Assembly: GCA_963719085.1 (NCBI GenBank)
Contig: CAVRAL010000004.1
Coordinates: 288,001-352,000 of the forward strand
Length of the DNA stretch: 64,000 bases
Origin: a candidate division FCPU426 bacterium
GTDB taxonomy: Bacteria > Oederibacteriota > Muellerivitia > Muellerivitales > Muellerivitaceae
Reading direction: 5' to 3'
Position numbers and translations under genes: made by a program. Positions within the stretch are counted from its first letter, which is position 1. The number at the start of each line of letters is the position of its first letter. Below the pieces are notes generated by a model that was given only the letters and a program-made list of their open reading frames with translations, searched no databases and was not told the DNA's origin. Positions 20,176 through 29,589 of this stretch are shown in pieces.

Positions 20176-20756
20176 CAGTTCTTCCCCTTCAAAATTTCAC
20201 GCAGCTGCCGGTAACCCCGATGGGCCCTGACCTTCAAAGCCGCCACCGTGATTTGCAATTGAGCCGCGGCGGCTTCCAGGCTCAGACCCTTTAATTTTAA
20301 AAGCTCAATCGCTTCGCGGTTCAAGGGCGGCAAAGCCTTTAAGGCCTGGTCCAGGTCGTCCCCCAAGCTTCCGTCCATTTCAACGGTTCCCGTTTCGGGC
20401 AATTCCTCAACGGCGATCTCCCGTTCCACGAAACGGCGGTTCTTCGCCAAGGCGTCCAGCATCGAATTGCGGGCCACGGTAAAAAGCCAGGGCCCAAAAG
20501 GACGGCTGGGTTCATAGCTATGGCGGGCCTTGTGGAAGGTCAACAACACTTCCTGGTAAACGTCCTGGACGATTTCGCGGTTAAACACCCGCTTGCGCAC
20601 ATAACCCAAAAGGACCGGTCCCAACTCGTTGAGCAATTGCTCATAAGCGGCCTTGTCGCCCTGTTGGACCTTGACCATCAAAACGGTCCAAGAATCCCAT
20701 TGCGCCGGGTTCCAGGGTTTCGTCTTGGATGAAGAGGAATGCGGCTTTAATTTCAA
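20175..20756 (-). CDS. ECF RNA polymerase sigma factor (copy 2)
   Basis: DVYQEVLL, FGPWLFTVARN, LKVRAHRGY. Confidence 0.9.
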   Translation of the reverse strand: MKLKPHSSSSKTKPWNPAQWDSWTVLMVKVQQGDKAAYEQLLNELGPVLLGYVRKRVFNREIVQDVYQEVLLTFHKARHSYEPSRPFGPWLFTVARNSMLDALAKNRRFVEREIAVEELPETGTVEMDGSLGDDLDQALKALPPLNREAIELLKLKGLSLEAAAAQLQITVAALKVRAHRGYRQLREILKGKN

Positions 20757-20775
20757 GAAGGCCCTTCTTTACACC

Positions 20776-20801
20776 TACGAAATGGGGACAACCAAAGTTA
20801 C
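20776..20801 (-). promoter_or_regulatory. Candidate ECF promoter GTAACT-N16-CGTA
   Basis: Lies 20 nt upstream of sigma copy 2 and matches the GTAACC-N16-CGAA-type consensus of NrsF-linked sigmas. Confidence 0.6.
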
Positions 20802-20803
20802 CC

Positions 20804-21499
20804 TCAGCCTAATAAATCCACCGTCTCGCGCACGCTCATGAGTTTACAGGTATAGATGGGCGTGTCCCGGACCGTATACTTGGACCCTTCGGTTTCCCGA
20901 AGCGCCATCACGAGGTCCAGGAAGTCCTGGGGCTGGTCGCCCTCAAAGGCCACCACGAAATCCTGATCATCCAAACCGAAGGAATAGGTGGTGTTCAGCT
21001 TCACCGACGGATAAAGGTTTCCCACCCGGATATGCTCATCCATGATCCTTTGGCGCTCTTCTTTGGACAATAGATACCACTCGCGGCTCTTCACAAAGGG
21101 ATAAATGAAAATATATTTGCCCCGGCCCGGCACGATGGCCATCCGGTTGCCGTCCTGGCCGTCATGCTGGTGCTTGTCGATGTAAAGACTGCGCTTGGTC
21201 ATGGCCAAGTAAGAAGCGGGCTGGGACAGATAAGGCCCCAATCCGGATTGAAGGATCCGCGAGTCCATGCGCTGAAAGCTATCCAGGTCGTAGCTGATGC
21301 GCCAAAGCATCAGGTCGGTTTCGGCTTTGAATCCCAAGGTGGAATAGGCCAAAAGAATCCCCTCTTTTTCAAAAGCCTCCACCGCTTCCACGAAAGATTT
21401 TTTGGCTTCTTGGCGTTCCGCGGGGGATAGTTTCCGAAAATCTTGGGACACCTTATAAAAAGCGAAACTCACGTATTGTCGTTTCGGGGCCTCGGCCAT
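20804..21499 (-). CDS. chdC: Coproheme decarboxylase (ChdC/HemQ, chlorite dismutase family)
   Basis: YPFVK..WY signature, MDEHI and TTYSFGLDDQDFVVAFE. Confidence 0.75.
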   Translation of the reverse strand: MAEAPKRQYVSFAFYKVSQDFRKLSPAERQEAKKSFVEAVEAFEKEGILLAYSTLGFKAETDLMLWRISYDLDSFQRMDSRILQSGLGPYLSQPASYLAMTKRSLYIDKHQHDGQDGNRMAIVPGRGKYIFIYPFVKSREWYLLSKEERQRIMDEHIRVGNLYPSVKLNTTYSFGLDDQDFVVAFEGDQPQDFLDLVMALRETEGSKYTVRDTPIYTCKLMSVRETVDLLG

Positions 21500-21606
21500 T
21501 CGGATACTCCATTCGGTTGGATGATGACATTCCCCCCGTCTTCGGGGGATTTAAACAGAGGCGTATTCTAGGACGGCTTTTTTAAAAATGCAAAAAAGCC
21601 GTGCTT

Positions 21607-23751
21607 TTAAGATCTCGGCGCCGTGATCTCAATCTCACCCACCGGGGCGAAAGCAGGGTTTTCCGCGGGCATTCGCGCGGGAGTCAGGGAGAAAAAGTCG
21701 CTCGGAAGGTCTTCGGAAGTTTCCGGGGCGTATTGGGTGAAAAAGCCACCGCCGGGTTCTCCCGTGAACTTCTCCAAATCCTGGGCCTCAGCCCGATCAT
21801 AAAAATCGCCGTTAAAATTTTCCAGGCCCTGCCGCGGCTTTTCAACGCCCCTTTGCAAACCCACTACCATCCGGTAATGGCCCGGGGGGAAATCGGACGG
21901 CACAAACAGCGTCCGCTCCTCGCCATACCAAAGCCCTGGGCGCAGTTGACTCCAGGAAAGCCTTCCGCTGAAAGGCGCATGGATGTCATGAAACCACAAA
22001 ACCCCGTCCTTGAGCGGATAGGCGCCTTGGTCATCCACGAAATAAACGACCACTTGTTCCGCTTGGTCGGCTTCGCTAAAGCCGGTCCGCTTCCATTGAT
22101 AAAGAAGCGACAACCGCCCCCCCGCCGCCACGCTGGTTCCCGAGGTTTCTACCGCCATGAGCTGAATCCCTCCCCAAGCCGCCAGGGGCCTCGCCTGAGG
22201 CGGCGCGGGCCTCAACAAGGCGGGAGGTTCTTGGGTAGCTTTTAAAAGCGGGCCCTCGGCTTTGAAATACCAATTGGACGGCAATCCCTCGATCGGCCGG
22301 TTCAAATAAAGCGGCCGCCCCGCGAGCAGGGCGTCCCGTATTTTTTGGCCGACGAGATCATGCCCGTCCTTCCCAGGTTCGAGAATTTCCACATCGGGAC
22401 GCGCGCCGTAAGCGGTCTGATATCCCACCACGGGGAAATATTGGTTCTCCTCCGACGGCACATAGAGGGCTTGAGGCCCCAAGGTTTCCAAAATATTCTT
22501 GGCGTAATCCTGCGCGCCCCTTTCCCGGCCCCGATCCCACTGGCGCCCGACGAGGCCAAACTGGAGCAATACCCAAACCAAAAGCAAAAAGCTCATTCCC
22601 CCCTTCCAAGAAAAAGTTTTTGGCCCCCTAAATTTTCCCAGCCGCTTGAATTCCCAATGGCTGATCCAGGCCAAAAAGACCGCGGCTATAAGCCCGAAAA
22701 AAATCCAAGGGTAGAGGAATTGATGGGACTCAAAGGCCGGATAAGGAACCGTGATGACGAGCAGGGCTTCCAACAGGGCCCAGCCCAATCCCGCCCAAAA
22801 AAACAGCGGCAGTTTTTCTTTTTTCTTGGCCAGGGCCCAAAACCCGCCCGCCAAAAGCAAAAACCCGATGGGAGTCAAATCAATCCAAAGACGCTCGACC
22901 AGCTGACCTAAAACAATCGCGACATTGGAAAAGGAAGTGGCGCCGAGCGACTTCGAGAATTTTAAGGCCAAGACTTGGCGTAAAAACTCCGGCGCGTGGT
23001 CGATGGAGGAAAAGGCGATGGCCGGATGAAGCGCGGAGCGCAAAGGAAAATAAAGCGCCGTGCTCCATCCCAAAAGGAAAAAAGCGAGGAATCTGGGGAT
23101 TTCCCGGCTCCACGAATCCGACCGCCGCCGGTTTTCCCAAGCATAAGCCGCTAAAAGAACCGCCGCCCCGAAATATTGGGTCGGTCTGAAAACCACCGCC
23201 GCGCCCAATACCATAGCCACCGCCATCCACTTTTTAGGACTTTGAACCGAAACCAGCCAAAGCGCGCCCAAGATCAAGGCCACATGCAGGGGATAAACCA
23301 CCACCGTCAGCGAATAGGTCCACCAGGGCAGGCTGAGGCTCCAAGCCAAGGTCAAAAAAACCAGCCATGTCTTTAAACGGGGGGAAAGGGGCTTCGAAGG
23401 CTGGGGCGAAAAACGCTCCGCCAAACGGCAGGCCAAAAGAAAAAACAAACCGGAGGTCAACGAGGAACTAAAAACCGATAAAAGCCCCAGACGGAAAGCC
23501 GGGCTTCCCGCCGGCCACCCTAAAAACAGCTTTCCCAAAAGATGGTAAAGCGCTTGACCCGAGGGATGGGAAATGCCTAAGGCCGCCGTGGCGGCCAACA
23601 ACTCCCCCGAGTCATACCAACCAATAAAGGGGGAAAGCAGAAAGACGTTAACGAGAAAAAGCCCCGTTCCAATCCCGACCGCGGTTTTCCAGCGCGCCCG
23701 CGAAGCGGAAGTCGGAGGTTTTCTTTTACCGGGGGAAGTCTTTGAGATCAA
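21607..23751 (-). CDS. DUF2723/TMEM260-like GT-C membrane glycosyltransferase
   Basis: DSGEL...LGISHPSG..LY N-terminal motif, many TM segments and a periplasmic C-terminal domain. Confidence 0.75.
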   Translation of the reverse strand: MISKTSPGKRKPPTSASRARWKTAVGIGTGLFLVNVFLLSPFIGWYDSGELLAATAALGISHPSGQALYHLLGKLFLGWPAGSPAFRLGLLSVFSSSLTSGLFFLLACRLAERFSPQPSKPLSPRLKTWLVFLTLAWSLSLPWWTYSLTVVVYPLHVALILGALWLVSVQSPKKWMAVAMVLGAAVVFRPTQYFGAAVLLAAYAWENRRRSDSWSREIPRFLAFFLLGWSTALYFPLRSALHPAIAFSSIDHAPEFLRQVLALKFSKSLGATSFSNVAIVLGQLVERLWIDLTPIGFLLLAGGFWALAKKKEKLPLFFWAGLGWALLEALLVITVPYPAFESHQFLYPWIFFGLIAAVFLAWISHWEFKRLGKFRGPKTFSWKGGMSFLLLVWVLLQFGLVGRQWDRGRERGAQDYAKNILETLGPQALYVPSEENQYFPVVGYQTAYGARPDVEILEPGKDGHDLVGQKIRDALLAGRPLYLNRPIEGLPSNWYFKAEGPLLKATQEPPALLRPAPPQARPLAAWGGIQLMAVETSGTSVAAGGRLSLLYQWKRTGFSEADQAEQVVVYFVDDQGAYPLKDGVLWFHDIHAPFSGRLSWSQLRPGLWYGEERTLFVPSDFPPGHYRMVVGLQRGVEKPRQGLENFNGDFYDRAEAQDLEKFTGEPGGGFFTQYAPETSEDLPSDFFSLTPARMPAENPAFAPVGEIEITAPRS

Positions 23752-23753
23752 AT

Positions 23754-25709
23754 TCAGGAAACGGCCTGGAGCCGGTGGATTTCATTTTCAACCAATGGGA
23801 TTTTATCCAATAACCCAACCGCGCGCAGTTTCACTTCCACGTCCCGGTAAACCTGGACGGCTTGGGCGCGCCGCCCCAAGGATTCCAGCGCCTTGGCTTT
23901 TTGAAAATAAGCCTCGAGAAAGTAATTATCGAGGTCAATGGCTTTTTGGGCCACCGGCAAAACCTCGGAGTATTTTCCTTCGGCCATTAAAATTTCCCCT
24001 TCTTCCAAATAATTGGTGGGCAGGTTGGGAAGTTTCTGGGTAAGCGCGGCCTGCAGGTCCAGGGCTTCGTTGAGGCGGCCCCAAAACTCCATCAGTTTCA
24101 CTTGGTTTTCCCGGGGCGTCACCGCCTCCGGCGACATGAGGACGGCTTGATCGAAATCAAACTCGGCCAAGTGGAAGTACGCGGTCCTCACCGCCGACTC
24201 CTTTTGCGTGACCGCCTGCCCGAGCGCGATTGTCCCCAGCGAATTCCAGGCGCCCATTAAACGGGGGCGAAACACCAGGCTTTCATTCAGCGCGTCTTGG
24301 GCCTCTTTTAATTGTCCGCCCGCCTGAAGCCGCTCACCCTTGAGATAATCGAATTGGGCCCCAAAATCCCGCACAGCGCCGATTCCCAAAATATAAAAAA
24401 GCCCGAGAAATAGGATCACGGTCAGGCCTTGGAAGGCCGAAGGTGAAAACTCCAAGTTGATTTCCACGCCGCTCACACGCTCATTGCGCAATGCGAAGGT
24501 CAGAAACCCGACTAAGACCAAAAGAATCGCCCATTCGTGAAAGGTGAAGTCAACCAGGTTGTGCAATAAGGTGTAAATCAAAAACAAAAGCGAGATTTCG
24601 GCCGTCCACGAAGGCGGAGCCAGGGGCTTAAAGGATGAGTTTTTGCGGGCCAACCGCCAAGCGTTCCAAATAAGGGCGGTGGCGAAAAGAAGCACAAGCG
24701 CCAAGGCGGGCCAACCGCATTCGGCCGCGACCTGCAGAAACTCGTTATGCGCGAAAGGCGTGGTCGTGGTCCAAATGTCCGAGGAACGGTAATAAGGATA
24801 AACCGTCTCAAAACTTCCGGGGCCAAAACCAAACAAGGGCTGGTCGCAGGCCATATGAAACGCGCTGGCCCAGACCTCCGGGCGCAAATCGGCGCGGGGA
24901 TCAATCTTATCGGCTTCCAAAAGCCGAATCACCATGGGCACGGAACAAATCAGTATGAAAAGAACGATCCCGGCGAAAATCAGCCACTGCTTGGTTTTAA
25001 AACCCTTAAGCCTCGCCTCGACTTCTGAATAATGGGTGAAAAGATAAAATAGAAGCACAAACGCCAAGGCCAAAAAAGCGCCCCGGCCGCGCGTGCTGCC
25101 CCAAGCGGCGAAAAGAAAAAGTAAAAAAGCCGCCGAACGGGCCGAGCCTTCATGCAGCCACTCCAGCGCGCAAAGGATCAAGGCCATTCCCAAGAAACTG
25201 GCGGTGCCGTTGACATTAGGAAAGGGCCCGGCGAAGGGTTCGAAGTGGCCTAGGCAAAGCCCCACTAAAACCCAGGCCGCCACCAGCAGGGCCGACCAAC
25301 GGAAAAGTTTTTCAAAAAGGGGAAAAAGCCGCGGATTTTTCTTCCAAGTCCGCCTTAACGCGAACCACCAAAGAGCCAGGGCTAGGAAGCTTTTGAAGGC
25401 GCTGAAACTTTCAAACGACTCCGAAGAGTTCCAGGCCGATAAAAGAACCCAGACCAATCCCAAAAGAACCAAAAGATCGAGAAAATCCAACCGCAAGCTT
25501 GACCCGGAACGGCCCTTGGCTTTCGCGAACCCTTCCAGAAGCCCCAGGCTAAAAACAAAGAGCGCGGCCCAACGGACGCCCAAATCCAGGCTTAACCAAA
25601 CGGGGACCGCCGTGGCGGGAATCAGGATGCAAGCGGCTAAGATGCCTAGAAAAACGAGTGCGGTCAAACGGCCAAAAAACGAAGAGGGTAATTTTAAAGA
25701 CTCCACCAT
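23754..25709 (-). CDS. O-antigen ligase (Wzy_C) family protein with C-terminal TPRs
   Basis: PLFGFGPGSF and AHNEFLQVAAECG; TPR tail. Start codon uncertain. Confidence 0.85.
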   Translation of the reverse strand: MVESLKLPSSFFGRLTALVFLGILAACILIPATAVPVWLSLDLGVRWAALFVFSLGLLEGFAKAKGRSGSSLRLDFLDLLVLLGLVWVLLSAWNSSESFESFSAFKSFLALALWWFALRRTWKKNPRLFPLFEKLFRWSALLVAAWVLVGLCLGHFEPFAGPFPNVNGTASFLGMALILCALEWLHEGSARSAAFLLFLFAAWGSTRGRGAFLALAFVLLFYLFTHYSEVEARLKGFKTKQWLIFAGIVLFILICSVPMVIRLLEADKIDPRADLRPEVWASAFHMACDQPLFGFGPGSFETVYPYYRSSDIWTTTTPFAHNEFLQVAAECGWPALALVLLFATALIWNAWRLARKNSSFKPLAPPSWTAEISLLFLIYTLLHNLVDFTFHEWAILLVLVGFLTFALRNERVSGVEINLEFSPSAFQGLTVILFLGLFYILGIGAVRDFGAQFDYLKGERLQAGGQLKEAQDALNESLVFRPRLMGAWNSLGTIALGQAVTQKESAVRTAYFHLAEFDFDQAVLMSPEAVTPRENQVKLMEFWGRLNEALDLQAALTQKLPNLPTNYLEEGEILMAEGKYSEVLPVAQKAIDLDNYFLEAYFQKAKALESLGRRAQAVQVYRDVEVKLRAVGLLDKIPLVENEIHRLQAVS

Positions 25710-25776
25710 GATCGAACCCCATCCCCCGCAAGATGAAAACCGCTTTATCATACACTTTTTAAAAGACTTCCGGCTC

Positions 25777-26922
25777 TTAACCGGACGTCCTCGAGTACAG
25801 TTTCTCGATGGCTTTCAACATCAGCTTGATTTGAAAGGTTCCTTTTAATCCCGACTTGCCCGCGCGGCCCATTTTTTTGGCTAAATCCGGCCGGGTCAAT
25901 ATTGAATACAAGCTTTCCGCCATGGCGGCGGCCGCGTGGGCTGAATGAAGAAATCCGCTGACGCCGTCTTGGACGGCCTCGGGAGTCCCGCTGACCGCGC
26001 TGGCCACCACGGGTTTTCCCGCCGCCATGGCCTGCAAAACCACCCGGGGCAATCCCTCATAAATGGACGTGAGCAGTAAAACGTCCGAGGCCGCCAAAAG
26101 CGCCCCAATTTCATCCCGCCATCCCAACAGATCAAAGTTCGCCTTTAGGTTGGAGGACTCAACGCGCTTTTCAACTTCCGGCAAAAGCGGCCCATCGCCC
26201 GCCCATAAAAAAAGAACATTGGGCAGGCGGGGCGCCAGGATCTCGGCGGTCTTCACCACATCCAACGGCGATTTTTGTTTTTTAAAATTGGACAGGACCA
26301 AAACCGTGGGACGGTTTTGGGTTTTGAAAAGTTGACGCGCCTTCAAGGCCGCCGCCGGGTTCAAAACGTAACGCTTCGGGTCCACACCGCTATGGATGAC
26401 CTCGTACTGCTCGGGCCGTCCGATCCGGGCGGCTAAACCCGCCCTTTTATTTTCCTCACTGACCGTAATCAGTTTCTCCGTAAAGCCCGCGGCCCATCTC
26501 TCTAAAGTTTGGTAAAGCCACTTCACCAGGAAAAATTGGCCGGGATAAAAGCCCCAACCGTGAACCGTATGAAGAATACGCGGGACCCCGGCGCGTTTCG
26601 CCGCCCAGCGGCCCAGAAACCCGGCCTTAGAACTGTGGGTATGGACCAAGTCCACTTTTTCCAGTCTTAAAATTTCCGTGATTCGCCGCAGGGCCAAAAA
26701 ATCCCAGAAAGGGCGGATGGGATGCTTGAGCTCGGAGAGAAAATATTTTCGGCAGCCCTTGATCCACCGGGCCTCTTCGTCCAATTGACCGCCGGTGCCG
26801 CAAATCAGGATGACATCAAATTTTTTACGGTCGTGGTTCTCGCAGCAATACAGGGTGTTTTGCTGGGCGCCGCCCAATTCCAGGCGGGTGATAATATGGG
26901 CGACCTTGAGGCGTTGGGCCAT
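25777..26922 (-). CDS. GT4 family glycosyltransferase
   Basis: GGAQ, HTHSSKAG, HTVHG, EGLPRVVLQAMAAGKPVV. Confidence 0.92.
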   Translation of the reverse strand: MAQRLKVAHIITRLELGGAQQNTLYCCENHDRKKFDVILICGTGGQLDEEARWIKGCRKYFLSELKHPIRPFWDFLALRRITEILRLEKVDLVHTHSSKAGFLGRWAAKRAGVPRILHTVHGWGFYPGQFFLVKWLYQTLERWAAGFTEKLITVSEENKRAGLAARIGRPEQYEVIHSGVDPKRYVLNPAAALKARQLFKTQNRPTVLVLSNFKKQKSPLDVVKTAEILAPRLPNVLFLWAGDGPLLPEVEKRVESSNLKANFDLLGWRDEIGALLAASDVLLLTSIYEGLPRVVLQAMAAGKPVVASAVSGTPEAVQDGVSGFLHSAHAAAAMAESLYSILTRPDLAKKMGRAGKSGLKGTFQIKLMLKAIEKLYSRTSG

Positions 26923-26962
26923 GGAGGATATCCTCGATTTCCAAATCCGGGAAAAACGTTAA

Positions 26963-28120
26963 TTAGGGGTTCGCCTCGTCCAAGCCTGAGTCCGAAGCCG
27001 GAATGTCGGAGCTTATCTCGGAAACGATCTTCCGCTTCGGGGACTTCTTCCCTTTTAGAGACTTCTCTTTGCGCGCGGCTTTCTTCGCGGCTTTTTCATC
27101 GGCCTTGAACTCGGCCAAGGCCGCCTGGTCCACCTCCGTGATGGGTTGGACATTGGCCTTGATGGCCCGTTCCTCATCCTCGTTTTGGACAAACCGGCTC
27201 ATCCATTCCCATTCACGAGCCAAGCCTTCCTTGAGGGAAACCTTGGGTTTAAAACCAAAAAGCTTTTCCAACTTCGCCGTGTCCGCCCGGGTGGAAAAGA
27301 CATCGCCCTTCTGGCGCTCTAAAAAGGTGCGGGGGCATTTGTGCCCGCTCACTTCCTCGAGCGCTTCGATGGCCTGAAGCAGGGTGGCCGGCGATCCGCC
27401 GCCCACATTCACCACTTGGCCCGCCACGTCCGCGCTCAGGGCCGCCGTCACCACGTCGACCACGTCATCCACATAGGTGTAGTCCCGGACCTGCTTCCCG
27501 TCGCCGTAAATGGAAATAGCGGCCTCGTGCAGGATGCTTTGGCAAAAACGGTGGAAAGCCATGTCGGGCCTTTGGCCCGGACCGTAAACCGAGAAAAACC
27601 GCAGGGCCACCGTGGGCATTTTGTGTTCTTGATGATAGATCTGGCAAAGCTGCTCGCCGGCCAGCTTGGTCACGCCATAGGGGCTTTTGGGCTCCAGGCG
27701 CATATCCTCGTTTAGAACCTCGCCCACGTCCCCGTAAACCGAGGAAGAGGAGGCGTAGACGAATCTTTTTAACTTACTGCCTTTAAATTCCTCGAGCAAT
27801 TTTTGAGTGGCCTGAATGTTGTTGGCGACGTACCGGTTGAAAGAAGTTCCCCAGGAGCCGCGGACGCCCGGCTGGCCGGCCAAGTGGACAATGGCCTCCG
27901 TTCCCTTTTGGACCTTGACCAGGGCCATGGTCGTCAAGTTGTCCTCGATCAATTTAAAGTTCGGATGTAAAAGAACCGGCATCAAGTTTTTTTCTTTTTG
28001 CCCGCGGGAATAATAAATATCGAAGGAGTCCACGCCTGTGACTTCATGGCCTTCTTTTAAAAGCCGCGCCACCACGTGGGAGCCGATGAATCCAGCAGCA
28101 CCCGTAACGAGTATTTTCAC
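26963..28120 (-). CDS. NAD-dependent nucleotide-sugar epimerase/dehydratase
   Basis: VTGAAGFIG, ASSSSVYG, YGVTK, YGPGQRPDM; Lys-rich C-terminal tail. Confidence 0.93.
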   Translation of the reverse strand: MKILVTGAAGFIGSHVVARLLKEGHEVTGVDSFDIYYSRGQKEKNLMPVLLHPNFKLIEDNLTTMALVKVQKGTEAIVHLAGQPGVRGSWGTSFNRYVANNIQATQKLLEEFKGSKLKRFVYASSSSVYGDVGEVLNEDMRLEPKSPYGVTKLAGEQLCQIYHQEHKMPTVALRFFSVYGPGQRPDMAFHRFCQSILHEAAISIYGDGKQVRDYTYVDDVVDVVTAALSADVAGQVVNVGGGSPATLLQAIEALEEVSGHKCPRTFLERQKGDVFSTRADTAKLEKLFGFKPKVSLKEGLAREWEWMSRFVQNEDEERAIKANVQPITEVDQAALAEFKADEKAAKKAARKEKSLKGKKSPKRKIVSEISSDIPASDSGLDEANP

Positions 28121-28233
28121 GATTTCACCCCATCATTCAAAATGGACCGGCTTACACGGTTATATCGACATCCGCTAATGCTGCTTAGAAAGGTCGATGT
28201 GAATCCGGCAGCACCGGTTACCAGTACTTTCAT
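28117..28233 (-). CDS. 38-aa ORF that begins with a copy of the epimerase N-terminus (leader peptide or gene remnant)
   Basis: GAGGTG RBS, then ATG MKVLVTGAAGF-TSTF...VKS*. The stop codon overlaps the epimerase GTG (GTGA). Confidence 0.5.
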   Translation of the reverse strand: MKVLVTGAAGFTSTFLSSISGCRYNRVSRSILNDGVKS

Positions 28234-28275
28234 AATTCACCTCAAACCTTAACCGGGATAAAAAATCAAAGGCTA

Positions 28276-28315
28276 TTGGAACAATGATAAACGCAGATGA
28301 ACGCGGATTGTTCAA
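28276..28315. repeat. Truncated ACGCAGATGA-unit repeat element
   Basis: TTGGAACAATGATAAACGCAGATGAACGCGGATTGTTCAA matches one arm of the 34980 and 49276 elements. Confidence 0.7.
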
Positions 28316-28334
28316 AAACAAAATCCTACATTAT

Positions 28335-29528
28335 TTAAAACTCGGCTTCTTGGAGGACCAAGGTTCGCAAATACTCCGTTTCCGGAATCGAAAGAATGAC
28401 CGGATGGTCCGTCGGCTGGGTGAGACGGTCGAGCAATTGAAAGGGCCGGCCTGATTCTTCCACCGCTTCCCGCGTCACGCCTTCCAAGACGGTCCAGGAA
28501 AAGTGATGGGAACAGGAAGCCACGATGAGAAAACCGCCGGGATTAAGCAGATCAAAGGCGTTGCCCAGCATGCGCTTGAGGGCCGCCCGCGCGCCCGGCA
28601 GCTCATGCACGCTTTTTGCCAGGGGCGGCGGATCGAGCAAAATACCGTCGAACATCCGCTCGGTTTTTTTGAGTTCCCGGAAAATTTTAAAACTGTCCTC
28701 GCGGCGGAACTCAATTTTTCCTTCCACCCCGTTGAGCTTGGCGTTCTCCAGCGCGTGGTCCAGCGCGCCTTGGGAGGAGTCCAGCGACAAGATTTCCTTG
28801 GCGCCCCCGAGGGCGGCCTGAACCGCCGCCGCGCCCGTGTAACCAAAGGCGTCCAAAATCGACCGACCTTGGCTCATCTCAAACATTTTTCGGCGGGCTT
28901 CGCGGAAGTCGAGATAAAAACCCGTCTTCTGCCCCGCTTCGGGATGCACCTGAAATTTCGCGCGTCCCTCGGTGAAAACGAAAGGCAAGGGGCCCGGTTC
29001 GGTGCGCCAGCCTTGAAACTCCGCCATGCCTTCTTTTTGGCAGGCTTCTCCCGAGCTTTTCTCGTAAATCCAAGCGTAGCCGTGGGCTTGGAAGGCGCGG
29101 ACGATATCGGGGATGAAGACTTTCATTCCGGCGCTGAAGCAGGACAATACGATGCCTTTTCCAAAAGCGTCCGCGATGACGCCCGGCAATCCATCCGCCT
29201 CGCCGAACAAAACCCGGAACCCGTCGGTGGCGGACTTTTCTTTTAAGACCTCCCGCGACTTCAAGGCCTGCTCCACCCGGCGGCGGATCAAGTCCCCGTC
29301 CAATTCCCGCGCGAAGTCATGGGTCAAGAGGCGCACCAAAATTTTGGACGTGGGATTGGCCACGCCGCGGCCCACGGGCGCGCCCTCGGCGGTAATGACC
29401 TCGACGAAGGCGCCTTGGATTAAAACTTTCGGGATGGTGTCGACCTCATTGGCGAAAACCCAAGGATGACCGGCCAATAGGCGGCCTTCTTCTTTGCGTT
29501 TCAGTTTGACGCGGATATAAGCAGGCAT
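28335..29528 (-). CDS. RlmI-like class I SAM-dependent rRNA methyltransferase
   Basis: PUA-like GHPWVFANE, EADGLPG, GQKTGFYLD, LDPP, SCSHH. Confidence 0.9.
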   Translation of the reverse strand: MPAYIRVKLKRKEEGRLLAGHPWVFANEVDTIPKVLIQGAFVEVITAEGAPVGRGVANPTSKILVRLLTHDFARELDGDLIRRRVEQALKSREVLKEKSATDGFRVLFGEADGLPGVIADAFGKGIVLSCFSAGMKVFIPDIVRAFQAHGYAWIYEKSSGEACQKEGMAEFQGWRTEPGPLPFVFTEGRAKFQVHPEAGQKTGFYLDFREARRKMFEMSQGRSILDAFGYTGAAAVQAALGGAKEILSLDSSQGALDHALENAKLNGVEGKIEFRREDSFKIFRELKKTERMFDGILLDPPPLAKSVHELPGARAALKRMLGNAFDLLNPGGFLIVASCSHHFSWTVLEGVTREAVEESGRPFQLLDRLTQPTDHPVILSIPETEYLRTLVLQEAEF

Positions 29529-29589
29529 GGGAAGACTCTTTCGTCCGCTATAAGGCGCGGCGTTAATTTTTTAGGGAATCGATGGACGG

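Noticed and set aside
20804..21499. True chlorite dismutase / perchlorate respiration
   Set aside because: The sequence carries the ChdC-type YPFVK motif, and there is no reductase context.
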